From Patescibacteria group bacterium (GTDB lineage: Bacteria; Patescibacteriota; Patescibacteriia; UBA2591; JAQUPP01): a DNA stretch of 64,000 nucleotides. The notes beneath the pieces were generated by a model. The model was given only the letters and a program-made list of their open reading frames with translations, was not told the origin of the DNA and did no database searches. The translations under genes were made by a program, and so were the position numbers. Of the stretch, positions 1-8,988 are shown piece by piece. Location: contig JAQUPP010000002.1 of assembly GCA_028716665.1 (NCBI GenBank), forward strand, positions 139,717 through 203,716. Direction: 5' to 3'. How positions within the stretch are numbered: position 1 is the first letter of the stretch; each line of letters begins with the position of its first letter.

Positions 1-121
1 ATTTTATTTTGTTTTTTACGTTACGGTTAAATTGAAATTAATAGAAAGAGACATTACCAAAATTGTCGGAAAAATAAGTTTAAATGACAAGGAAGACAAA
101 AATTAATTAAAATTCATACTT

Positions 122-742
122 ATGATAGATTCGGAAAATATAAATCCAGAAGAAGAACCGAAAAAGGGCGGCTTTTTTAAAGCAAAACCTTATTGGGCGG
201 AATTTATTTTAGATTTGGCTAAAATTGTCATTTTGGCTTTTATAATCATTTGGCCGATTCATCATTTTGTCTTCCAGCCATTTTACGTAAGTGGACCATC
301 AATGGAACCGAATTATTACGATAAAGATTATTTGATTGTTGAAGAAATAAGTTACCGTTTTAATTCTCCGCAGAGAGGAGAGGTGATTGTTTTCCATTCG
401 CCCAATAATTCTCAAGATTATTTAATCAAGAGAGTGATCGGGTTGCCCGGAGAAAGAGTCGTTATCACAAAAAATAAAATTTCTATTTATAATCAGCAGT
501 TTCCCCAAGGAGCCGGGCTTAATGAAAACAGTTATTTAAATCCGGGCCTGATTACAATGGGGGAGATCGATATTCAATTGAATCCGGATGAATACTATGT
601 TTTGGGTGATCATCGAAATGTAAGTTTGGACTCCAGGGTTTTTGGGCCGATTAAAAAAAGCACCATTGTCGGCAGAGCTTGGTTTAGGGGATGGCCTTTT
701 AAAAACTTAGGATTATTAAAAACTCCAATTTTTACTTTTTAA
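122..742 (+). CDS. lepB: Signal peptidase I
   Basis: Motifs SGPSMEPN, KRVIGLPGE, GDHRNVSLDSR typical of S26 signal peptidase I; N-terminal TM anchor. Confidence 0.85.
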   Translation: MIDSENINPEEEPKKGGFFKAKPYWAEFILDLAKIVILAFIIIWPIHHFVFQPFYVSGPSMEPNYYDKDYLIVEEISYRFNSPQRGEVIVFHSPNNSQDYLIKRVIGLPGERVVITKNKISIYNQQFPQGAGLNENSYLNPGLITMGEIDIQLNPDEYYVLGDHRNVSLDSRVFGPIKKSTIVGRAWFRGWPFKNLGLLKTPIFTF

Positions 743-1057
743 AGAGTTTTGTCCCGCCCAAGTTTTCGCGAAGCGAAAATTTAGGCGGGCTACAAAACCT
801 TTACCCCCTCCTTTATCCCAACGATAAATTCTCGATAATCGTTAGGAATAAGGCGAAGCCGCTTCGCTTACGGCGTATCGTAAAAGGGTAGACCCCCGAT
901 GGAGTAAGGGAGGGGGTACTCAAATTTTTAGTAAAATTTTTCGCGTTATTGCCAAGCGAGTGAGAGAAAAGAAAATTTATTTTCTTTTCCGAGTAAGCGT
1001 AGGCAACACAGATCTGATAATCTTTATAAATAACTTAAAAATTTTAAAAAATTCGGT
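743..1057 (+). other. GC-rich highly structured intergenic element (candidate structured RNA / hisS leader), function unknown
   Basis: Nested hairpins (cccgcc...ggcggg, ttttcgc/gcgaaaa, ccccctcc...ggaggggg, gcgaagc/gcttcgc) in ~260 nt of atypically GC-rich sequence between lepB and hisS; no ORF. Confidence 0.3.
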
Positions 1058-2605
1058 ATGAACAAAAAAAAGAACAAAAAAATTAACAAAATAGCGAAAA
1101 AGAATAAGAATAATAAAAATAAGAGCAAAAAAAAGCAATTGATTAAACGACCTGAAAAAAGTCCGGTTAGACGAGAAAATAAAATTAGAAATATTCAAGA
1201 TAATACCGTTCAGCCTCTTATTCAACATAAAAAATATTTGCCGAAAAGTTTGCGCGGCATGGAAGATATTTTACCTGAAGAAGGAAAATATTGGGATTTC
1301 GTTTTTCAAAAGGCGCAGGATTTGGCAGAGGATTATGGGTTTAAGAAAATTGAAACCCCTGTTTTGGAAGAAAGAGTTTTATTTGAAAAAAGTACAGGGA
1401 TGACCACCGAAGTGGTTGAGAAACAAATGTATCAGTTTACTGATCGAGGACAAAATCAAGTGGCGCTGCGGCCGGAATTCACACCTTCAATGGTTAGAGC
1501 TTATATTGAACACGGAATGTTTAACTTATCTCAGCCGATAAAATTATTTTGTTTCGGCCCGCTCTTTCGTTATGAAAGACCTCAAGCCGGTCGGCTCCGC
1601 CAATTTCACCAAATTAATTTGGAAGTTTTAGGATCAGACAAACCGGTCAGTGACGCCCAGGTTATTCTATTTTGTAAAACTTTTTTTGAGGAATTGGGAA
1701 TTAAAATTTCCATTCAAATCAACAGTTTGGGCTGTTTGGAATGCCGTAAAGTTTATCGCGCCAAATTGATAAATTATTTTAAATCAAAACGAAACAGACT
1801 TTGTCCTGATTGCCAAAAAAGATTGGTTCGCAATCCTTTGAGAATTTTGGATTGCAAGCAAGAAAATTGTAAAGATTTGATAACTGATGCTCCTCAAATA
1901 GTCGATAGTTTATGTGAAAATTGTCATTCTCACTTTGTAAAAGTTTTAGAATGTCTTGATGAGGCGGAAATTGCTTATGAATTGAATCCGTTTTTGGTTC
2001 GAGGATTGGATTATTACACCCGAACAGTATTTGAAATCGTACCCGTCAGAACGGAAGTTATTTCAATGAAAAAAGTTTCTAAGCCGAAAGAAGAAAATAA
2101 AGAATTATTACCCGGTATGCTTCCTGGTCAGGTAAGCGAAGAACCGATAGAAGTTGTTCCCGTGGCTCCTCCTATGTCAGCTTTGGGTGGCGGAGGAAGA
2201 TATGATAATTTAGTCGGAGAATTAAGCGGCAGAGAAACACCGGCGCTTGGCGTGGCTTTTGGCGTGGAAAGAATTATTGAAGAATTGAAATATCAAAATA
2301 TCAGAATTTCCAAAGAACGGGCGCCAAAAATTTTCTTGGCTCAGCTCGGAGAATTGGCCATGCGAAGATCTTTGAAATTACTTGAAGATTTGCGCAAAGA
2401 AGGATTCAGAGTGGCGGAGAATTTAGCCAAAGACAGCTTGCGGGCTCAATTGGAAATGGCCAATAAAATAGGCGTTAAATTAACTTTGATTTTAGGACAG
2501 CAAGAAATGAGTGATAAAACTATTATTTTCCGCGATATGTCCAGCGGCAATCAAGAAACAATTGATCAGGAAAAAATGATTAAAGAATTAAGAAAAAGAA
2601 TATAA
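1058..2605 (+). CDS. hisS: Histidyl-tRNA synthetase with lysine-rich N-terminal extension and Cys-rich insertion
   Basis: Class II aaRS motifs (VALRPEFTPSMVRAY, FRYERPQAGRLRQFHQ, GGGRYDNL); first ~60 aa are K/N-rich low complexity, true start may be internal. Confidence 0.88.
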   Translation: MNKKKNKKINKIAKKNKNNKNKSKKKQLIKRPEKSPVRRENKIRNIQDNTVQPLIQHKKYLPKSLRGMEDILPEEGKYWDFVFQKAQDLAEDYGFKKIETPVLEERVLFEKSTGMTTEVVEKQMYQFTDRGQNQVALRPEFTPSMVRAYIEHGMFNLSQPIKLFCFGPLFRYERPQAGRLRQFHQINLEVLGSDKPVSDAQVILFCKTFFEELGIKISIQINSLGCLECRKVYRAKLINYFKSKRNRLCPDCQKRLVRNPLRILDCKQENCKDLITDAPQIVDSLCENCHSHFVKVLECLDEAEIAYELNPFLVRGLDYYTRTVFEIVPVRTEVISMKKVSKPKEENKELLPGMLPGQVSEEPIEVVPVAPPMSALGGGGRYDNLVGELSGRETPALGVAFGVERIIEELKYQNIRISKERAPKIFLAQLGELAMRRSLKLLEDLRKEGFRVAENLAKDSLRAQLEMANKIGVKLTLILGQQEMSDKTIIFRDMSSGNQETIDQEKMIKELRKRI

Positions 2606-2642
2606 AGAGTTTTGTCTCATTAAATTTTTAAATAATTTTGGT

Positions 2643-3884
2643 ATGAAGACAATAGCCATTTGCACATTGGGCTGCAAATTAAATCAGGCTGAAGCGGAAG
2701 AATTGAAAGAAAAATTTGAAGAAAGGGGATTGAGAATAGTGGAGCCGCTTCAAAAAGCTGATTTTTATATTATCAATGCCTGCGCCGTTACCCAAAAAGC
2801 GGAGAAAGAAACTCGGCAGCTTATTTCCCGAATCAAGCGGATGTTTCCTAAAACTTATTTGATAGTTGTTGGCTGTTTTCCTTCCATTCTCAGGCTTGAT
2901 CGCGAATTTATCGGCAAGGTTGATAAATGGATTGATAACAAAAATAAAGAAAAAACCGACAAACTTATTTTGGGACAAATCATTAAAAAGAAGAAAGGCA
3001 AAAATGATTTAAAAAAGAAAACGAGAGCGTTTATTAAAATTCAGGATGGATGCCAAAATTATTGTTCTTATTGTATTGTTCCTTATTTGCGAAAAGAAAT
3101 TTCAAACAAGCCGGCGCAAAAAATCATTCAGGAAATTAAAAATAGAGAAAAAAACGGCTGCCAGGAAATAGTTCTGGTCGGCACCAACATCGGCAACTAC
3201 CGGATAGGGAAATATGATTTGAAGGATTTGTTAAAAGAAATTTTAAATAAAACCACCATCAAGAGAATAAGGCTTTCCTCGCTTTGGCCGACCTTAATTG
3301 ACTCGGAGTTCGTCAAATTAATTCAGAATAATCCGAGAATTTGTCCGCACATTCATTTGTCAATTCAATCCGCTTCCGGCGAAGTTTTGGAAAAAATGAA
3401 TCGCCCCTACAATCGCAAAGATTTGGAAAAAATAATAAAACAACTTAAACAGATTAAAGATATCAATCTCACGGCCGATATTATCGTCGGTTTCCCCGGA
3501 GAGAGCGAGAAAGATTTTCAAGAAACTTATAATTTCGTCAAATCAAGTCAATTTTTGAAAATTCATGTTTTTAAATTTTCCGCCCGCCCGGGCACCAAAG
3601 CTTCTCTTGTTGAAGACGAAATTTCGGATAAAATAAAAAAAACAAGAAGCAATAAATTGATTAAGCTCGGCGAGAAATTATCAGAAAAACAAAGGAAAAT
3701 ATTCATTAATTCAACTTCGGAAGCGTTGATTGAAAACAAAAGAAGCGAATATTGGCAAGGATATACCCCGAATTATCTCAAAGTTTTTTTCAAAAGTGGT
3801 AAAGATTTAACCAATCAAATAGTCAAAGTGAAATTAGTTAAATTTTATCAAGACGGTTTCATGGGCAAATTAATTTCTTTATGA
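2643..3884 (+). CDS. MiaB/RimO-family radical SAM methylthiotransferase (MTTase N-domain, radical SAM core, C-terminal TRAM-like)
   Basis: N-terminal CTLGCKLNQ...NACAV, radical SAM CQNYCSYC motif, family architecture. Confidence 0.8.
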   Translation: MKTIAICTLGCKLNQAEAEELKEKFEERGLRIVEPLQKADFYIINACAVTQKAEKETRQLISRIKRMFPKTYLIVVGCFPSILRLDREFIGKVDKWIDNKNKEKTDKLILGQIIKKKKGKNDLKKKTRAFIKIQDGCQNYCSYCIVPYLRKEISNKPAQKIIQEIKNREKNGCQEIVLVGTNIGNYRIGKYDLKDLLKEILNKTTIKRIRLSSLWPTLIDSEFVKLIQNNPRICPHIHLSIQSASGEVLEKMNRPYNRKDLEKIIKQLKQIKDINLTADIIVGFPGESEKDFQETYNFVKSSQFLKIHVFKFSARPGTKASLVEDEISDKIKKTRSNKLIKLGEKLSEKQRKIFINSTSEALIENKRSEYWQGYTPNYLKVFFKSGKDLTNQIVKVKLVKFYQDGFMGKLISL

Positions 3885-5194
3885 AAATTACTAAAATTTA
3901 CAAACGAGACGGAACAATAGTTCCATTTCATCAAATAAAGATTACCCATGCTATTTACAAGGCTGCCCAGGAAGCCGGGGGACATGATATGAATCTGGCG
4001 GAAAAACTTTCGGATATGGTGGTGGATATTGTGGAAAATCATTCGCCCGAAACCATTCCCACGGTTGAAGAAATTCAGGATATTGTTGAACAAGTTTTAA
4101 TCAAAGAAGGGCATATTAAAACTTCAAAACTTTATATTTTATATCGTCAAAAACGCAAAGAACTGCGAGAAAAAAGAGACAAAAAGGAAATAGAGAATAT
4201 ACCTTATAAAACTATTTGGCAAAGCTTGGTTTGGAATTTGGAACATTCTTGCGACACAATCAGTAAATTAAACGAGCATGTTGAAGCTGGTACTTTTTCT
4301 CAATTAATAAAAGATTCAGAAGCAAGATATGACGAAGAGATTTCAAAAGTGGCGGCGTCAATAAAAGAAAATCTTAACAGAGTAAAATTATTGATTATCA
4401 GCGGCCCGTCTTCTTCCGGTAAAACCACCACCACTCAAAGAATTGCCGAAGAGCTCAAAAGAGAGGGGATGGATTTTATCAAGCTTACGGTGGATAATTA
4501 TTTTTACAGTTTAAAATATCAATTAAAAGACGATTATAGCGATTATGATTTTGAAGGTCCTTATGCTTTGGATATCCCTTTGATCAATCAGCACTTGGCG
4601 GATTTATTAAGAGGAAAGGAAATTGACGTGCCAAGATATAATTTTCAATTGGGTTGCCGCGAAGAAAAAACCGATAAATTAAAACTTAAGGGCAATCAAA
4701 TAATTTTAATAGATTCTCACTTCGGCATTTACGACAAATTAACCGAGATTGTGCCGGAAGATAAAAAATACAAGCTTTATTTGGAGACTCTTTGTCAATT
4801 GAGAGACAAAGACGGACAATTTGTCAGATGGACCGATATCAGATTATTGAGACGGATGATCAGGGATGTTCAATTCAGAGGTTATAATCCGAAAGAAACA
4901 ATCGGACATTGGCATTACGTGCGGCAGGGAGAATTGAAAAATATTATTCCTTACATTCATACGGCTGATTACGTTTTTAACACCAGTCTGGCTTATGAAC
5001 TGCCGATTTTAAAACATTGCCTTTTTAAATTTTTTCCGGAAATGATTGAAACTTATAAAAAAGATCCGAATCGTCAAGACGCTTATATTCGGGCTCAAAG
5101 AGTTTATGATTTATTGAAAGAAGTTAAAGAATTGTCGGACAAATCTTTAGTGCCTCAAAATTCAATTTTAAGAGAATTCATCGGCGATAATTAA
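3881..5194 (+). CDS. ATP-cone domain fused to uridine kinase/PRK-family P-loop kinase
   Basis: N-term KRDGTIVPF..KI..AI (ATP-cone); GPSSSGKTT Walker A; RLLRRMIRDVQFRGYNP...HTADYVFNT matches Udk C-terminal signature. Confidence 0.7.
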   Translation: MKITKIYKRDGTIVPFHQIKITHAIYKAAQEAGGHDMNLAEKLSDMVVDIVENHSPETIPTVEEIQDIVEQVLIKEGHIKTSKLYILYRQKRKELREKRDKKEIENIPYKTIWQSLVWNLEHSCDTISKLNEHVEAGTFSQLIKDSEARYDEEISKVAASIKENLNRVKLLIISGPSSSGKTTTTQRIAEELKREGMDFIKLTVDNYFYSLKYQLKDDYSDYDFEGPYALDIPLINQHLADLLRGKEIDVPRYNFQLGCREEKTDKLKLKGNQIILIDSHFGIYDKLTEIVPEDKKYKLYLETLCQLRDKDGQFVRWTDIRLLRRMIRDVQFRGYNPKETIGHWHYVRQGELKNIIPYIHTADYVFNTSLAYELPILKHCLFKFFPEMIETYKKDPNRQDAYIRAQRVYDLLKEVKELSDKSLVPQNSILREFIGDN

Positions 5195-5218
5195 AAATTA
5201 GTATTTAAAATAATATGC

Positions 5219-5430
5219 CAGGTAGTGGACTTTGACTTGTCCTCTCACAACTAAAAAGTTTTATCTGGTATATATTTTGCGCATCTAACATATTGTTGAA
5301 GATTTAATTTGTTGATTTTTGGTCGGACAAAAAAAATTCATAAAATAAAAAAGGTTTCCTAAAATAATTTAATTAATAACTTAAAACTTTGGTAATTTTA
5401 CAAAAATTGTCAAAGTTCTACTACCTGGTA
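5219..5430. repeat. ~19-bp inverted repeat pair (ccaggtagtggactttgac / gtcaaagttctactacctgg) flanking ~170 bp AT-rich spacer upstream of nucleoside phosphorylase gene
   Basis: Direct reading of sequence; arms at ~5219-5240 and ~5409-5428. Confidence 0.4.
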
Positions 5431-6260
5431 TGGTTAAACCAACCGCTAAAATGCCCGCTCAACCAAGTGGGGCTCAATATCATATTAATTGTAAAAAAGG
5501 AGACTTGGCGCCATTCGTGCTTTTGCCCGGCGATCCGGGGAGAGTGGCGAAAGTGGCCAATCTTTGGGATAAGAAAAAAGAAATAGCCAATCATCGGGAA
5601 TATCATTCCATGACCGGTGAATATAATGGCACAAAAATTTCTTGTCTTTCCACCGGCATCGGTTCGCCATCCACGGCTATTGCTGTTGAAGAAGCGGCCA
5701 GAATCGGCTGTCATACTTTTATTCGCATTGGTTCCACGGGCGCGATTCAACCGCACATTAAACCGGGTGATTTAATTATCAATACTGCCGGAGTCAGATT
5801 GGAAGGAACTTCTCATTCTTATGTTGACGCGAATTATCCAGCCTTTGCTCATTACGAAGTAATTTTGGCTTTAATAGAGGCGTGTGAAAAATTAAAAATA
5901 AAATATCATTTGGGAATTACCGCTTCAACCGATGCTTTTTATGTTGGTGAAGGCAGACCGGGTTTTAGGAGATACGACCAATCGCGCTTTAAACACACCC
6001 TGGAAGATTTGCAACAAACCAGAGTGACTAATTTGGAGATGGAATCTTCGGCTCTTTTCACCATTGCTAATTTATATGGTTTGAGAGCGGGTTCGGTTTG
6101 CGCGGTTTTTGACAACATCGTGACAGGAGATTGGGGAATAATTGGTGAAAAAGAAATCGGCTTGGTAGCTTCGGAAGCGGTGGCGATTTTGGACAAGTGG
6201 GATAAATTAAAAGATAAAAAACATAAAAAATATTTTTACCCTTCACTTTTAACTAATTAA
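5430..6260 (+). CDS. PNP/UDP-family nucleoside phosphorylase (purine/uridine phosphorylase-like)
   Basis: GDPGRVAKVA, STGIGSPS, EMESSALFT motifs of PNP_UDP_1 family. Confidence 0.8.
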   Translation: MVKPTAKMPAQPSGAQYHINCKKGDLAPFVLLPGDPGRVAKVANLWDKKKEIANHREYHSMTGEYNGTKISCLSTGIGSPSTAIAVEEAARIGCHTFIRIGSTGAIQPHIKPGDLIINTAGVRLEGTSHSYVDANYPAFAHYEVILALIEACEKLKIKYHLGITASTDAFYVGEGRPGFRRYDQSRFKHTLEDLQQTRVTNLEMESSALFTIANLYGLRAGSVCAVFDNIVTGDWGIIGEKEIGLVASEAVAILDKWDKLKDKKHKKYFYPSLLTN

Positions 6261-6275
6261 TTTAAATTTAAATTT

Positions 6276-6539
6276 ATGTGTTGTAAAGGAAAAAAAGTTT
6301 TTAAAGGATTTGCGTTAGGAACAATTTTAGGAGGCGTTTTAGGCGTATTGTTTGCCAAAAAATCCGGCAAAGAAACCAGAAAAGAATTAGGCAAAAAAAT
6401 GGAAGAAATAGGTGAAAGAGCTACTGATGCCAAAGAAAAAGTTTTTGAAACCGCCAAAAATACAGCCGAGAAGGTTAAAGAAATCAAAGACGAAGTTGTG
6501 AAAAATGTTGAAGAAATTAAAGATGTTTTTAAAGAATAA
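6276..6539 (+). CDS. YtxH-like small membrane-associated protein
   Basis: GFALGTILGGVLGVLFAKKSGKETRKEL matches YtxH/DUF948 signature followed by coiled-coil. Confidence 0.55.
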   Translation: MCCKGKKVFKGFALGTILGGVLGVLFAKKSGKETRKELGKKMEEIGERATDAKEKVFETAKNTAEKVKEIKDEVVKNVEEIKDVFKE

Positions 6540-6560
6540 ATAATTTAAAATAATTTTTGT

Positions 6561-6752
6561 ATGTTTAAAATTCAAATAGACAAAGAAAAATGTATTGGCT
6601 GCGGAACTTGCGAAGCGGTCTGTCCGATTAATTGGGAAATGGGGGATGATGGCAAAGCCAAAATGATTAAAGACGAAATTGAAGATTTGGGCTGCAATCG
6701 TTTAGCGGAAGAAAATTGCCCGGTTCAAGCCATTAAACTTACGCCGCAATAA
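6561..6752 (+). CDS. 4Fe-4S ferredoxin
   Basis: CIGCGTCEAVCP cluster motif plus distal C...CP. Confidence 0.75.
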   Translation: MFKIQIDKEKCIGCGTCEAVCPINWEMGDDGKAKMIKDEIEDLGCNRLAEENCPVQAIKLTPQ

Positions 6753-6758
6753 AAAGTC

Positions 6759-6933
6759 GCGAAATTCACCTTCACTCAACGCTCCAAATCCTTGAAAATT
6801 AAAGTCGTTTTGCTTAAAGAAAAATTCATAACTCCTCTCCCGACTATAGCGGGATCGTCAAACAGATGAATTTTTCTGCAAAACTCCTTAATTTTCTAAG
6901 GCTTTTCCGCGACATCGTTCAGGTGAATTTCGC
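6759..6933. repeat. Interspersed ~175-nt repeat, copy A, with 12-bp terminal inverted repeats (gcgaaattcacc...ggtgaatttcgc); MITE-like or structured ncRNA
   Basis: Near-identical core shared with 33917-34089; internal hairpin cccg-actatag-cggg. Confidence 0.6.
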
Positions 6934-6984
6934 TAAAGCGTAATTTGTAGTATTCATAAAATTCATAGATTAGTATTATAACTT

Positions 6985-7545
6985 ATGTTTGAAATTCGCA
7001 TTCATGGTCGAGCAGGTCAAGGAGCAAAAACAATTGCTCAACTTTTTGCTGAAGTCAATTTGGCGGTAGGCAAATTTGTTCAGGCTTTTCCTTCGTACGG
7101 ACCGGCCAGAGAAGGGGCAGCGATGAATGCTTTTGTCAGAATTGACAATCAGCCGATTAAACTGCATTCGGATATTAAAAAACCGGACGCGGTTTTGGTA
7201 ATTGACCCCTTGTTGGTTGAAACTGAAAATGTCACTCAAGGTTTGAAAAAAAACGGAATTGTTATTATCAATTCAAACGCTTCAAGCGACAGTTTTAAAA
7301 AGAAACTGGGTAATAATTTCAGAATTTATACCGTTCCGGCTTCGCATATTGCTTTGAAATTTTTCAAGAAAGATATTCCCAATACCGTTTTGCTCGGCGC
7401 TTTGGTCAAGGCGACGAAAATTATTTGTTTGGACGAATTGCTCAAGGGAACTAAAGAAAAATTCGTAAAAAAATTAAGTCCTCAATTGATTGAGGCAAAT
7501 TTAAAATCAATTCAAGAAGGTTATAATTTTCTTAAAATATCATAA
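6985..7545 (+). CDS. porC: 2-oxoacid:ferredoxin oxidoreductase gamma subunit
   Basis: IHGRAGQGAKTIAQL...AFPSYGPAREGA typical of PorC/OorC. Confidence 0.8.
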   Translation: MFEIRIHGRAGQGAKTIAQLFAEVNLAVGKFVQAFPSYGPAREGAAMNAFVRIDNQPIKLHSDIKKPDAVLVIDPLLVETENVTQGLKKNGIVIINSNASSDSFKKKLGNNFRIYTVPASHIALKFFKKDIPNTVLLGALVKATKIICLDELLKGTKEKFVKKLSPQLIEANLKSIQEGYNFLKIS

Positions 7546-7817
7546 TGACTGAAAAAAATAAAATTTTAATTGGCGGAATAATTGACAAACCGGGTTCGTC
7601 AAAAGATTATAAAACCGGCTCTTGGCGGTCTCAAGTGCCTGTTTGGGATAAAAAAAAATGCATTCAATGTTTAGTTTGCGTTAATTATTGTCCGGAAAAT
7701 TGCATCCCGCTCAAAGAAGACAAAAGAGTTGAAACAGATTTTGATTATTGCAAGGGTTGCGGAATTTGCGCTCAAGTTTGTCCGGTCAAAGCAATAATAA
7801 TGAAAGAGGGAAAATAA
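7545..7817 (+). CDS. porD: 2-oxoacid:ferredoxin oxidoreductase delta subunit (2x[4Fe-4S])
   Basis: CIQCLVCVNYCP and CKGCGICAQVCP motifs; position between gamma and alpha. Confidence 0.8.
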   Translation: MTEKNKILIGGIIDKPGSSKDYKTGSWRSQVPVWDKKKCIQCLVCVNYCPENCIPLKEDKRVETDFDYCKGCGICAQVCPVKAIIMKEGK

Positions 7818-7818
7818 A

Positions 7819-8988
7819 ATGATTAAAAATAATTTTAAAACAATAGCCTTAACCGGCGGAGAAGCCGCAGCCGAAGCGATGAGACAAATTAATCCGGCTG
7901 TTTTTTCGGCTTATCCGATTACTCCACAAACTCCGATTATTGAAAAATTCGCGAAAATAGTTGAACAGGGATTGGTGGAGACGAAATTCATTTCCGTTGA
8001 ATCAGAACATTCGGCTATGAGTTTGGTGGTTGGCGCTACTGCCGCGGGCGGACGGGCGATGACGGCCACTTCCAGTCAAGGATTGGCTTTAATGATTGAA
8101 ATTTTGCCCATTGCCTCGGGTTTGCGTTTGCCGATTGTGATGAATTTGGCAATGAGAGCTTTATCCGCTCCTTTAAATATTCATAATGATCATCAAGATG
8201 CGATGCTGGCGCGCGATTTGGGTTGGATACAAATATTCTGTGAAAATAATCAGGAAGTTTATGAAAATAATTTTTTAGCCGTTCGTTTGGCCGAAAGTCA
8301 AAAAGTTAAATTGCCGGTTATGGTTTGCCAAGACGGTTTTATCGCTTCGCATAATTTGGAAGGCGTTAAAGTTTATGACGATAAAATAATCAAAAATTTC
8401 GTCGGCGATTATACTCCGGAAAATTATCTTTTAAATCTTAAAAAACCTTTAACCATCGGAGCGTTCGTGATGCCGGATTATTATTTTGAAATTAAAAAAC
8501 AAGTGGCGGACGCGATGAACGAGGCAAAAAAAGTTTATTTGAAAATAGGACAAGAGCTTAAAAAAATCACCGGCAATAATTACGGATATTTTGAAGAATA
8601 TTTTATGTCTGACGCGAAAGCGGTGATCGTGGCCATGGGTTCTGTCAGCGGCACAGCCAAAGCAGCAGTGGATAAATTGAGATCTCAGGGCAAGAAAGTC
8701 GGCTTGTTGAAAATTAATTTATACCGGCCATTTCCTTATAAAGAAGTGGAAAAAGTTTTAAATAAAATAAAATTTGTCGGCATTTTGGAAAGAGTGATGG
8801 GTTGCGGTTCAATAACGCCGTTGACCAGCGATATCAGCGAATGCTTGAATTCAAAAACCTCAAGACAAACTTATATTTTGGGATTGGGCGGAAGAGATGT
8901 TCAAATGGAAGAAATAGAAGGAATTTTCAATGATTTGCTTAAAGGAAAATTAAGTAAAGAACCGAAATATGTTGGACTGAAAAACTAG
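7819..8988 (+). CDS. porA: 2-oxoacid:ferredoxin oxidoreductase alpha subunit
   Basis: Length/architecture and operon context; SAYPITPQTPIIEKFA N-terminus typical of PorA. Confidence 0.75.
   Translation: MIKNNFKTIALTGGEAAAEAMRQINPAVFSAYPITPQTPIIEKFAKIVEQGLVETKFISVESEHSAMSLVVGATAAGGRAMTATSSQGLALMIEILPIASGLRLPIVMNLAMRALSAPLNIHNDHQDAMLARDLGWIQIFCENNQEVYENNFLAVRLAESQKVKLPVMVCQDGFIASHNLEGVKVYDDKIIKNFVGDYTPENYLLNLKKPLTIGAFVMPDYYFEIKKQVADAMNEAKKVYLKIGQELKKITGNNYGYFEEYFMSDAKAVIVAMGSVSGTAKAAVDKLRSQGKKVGLLKINLYRPFPYKEVEKVLNKIKFVGILERVMGCGSITPLTSDISECLNSKTSRQTYILGLGGRDVQMEEIEGIFNDLLKGKLSKEPKYVGLKN

Noticed and set aside
743-1057. T-box riboswitch upstream of hisS
   Set aside because: The conserved T-box sequence (AAUUAGGGUGGUACCGCG-like) and a specifier loop or antiterminator arrangement are not recognisable. 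The element is structured but unclassified.
977-1228. Minus-strand ORF overlapping the hisS 5' region
   Set aside because: Low-complexity translation antisense to a well-supported gene and to the structured element. Spurious, like most minus-strand ORFs in this window, where only cysS is a genuine minus-strand gene.
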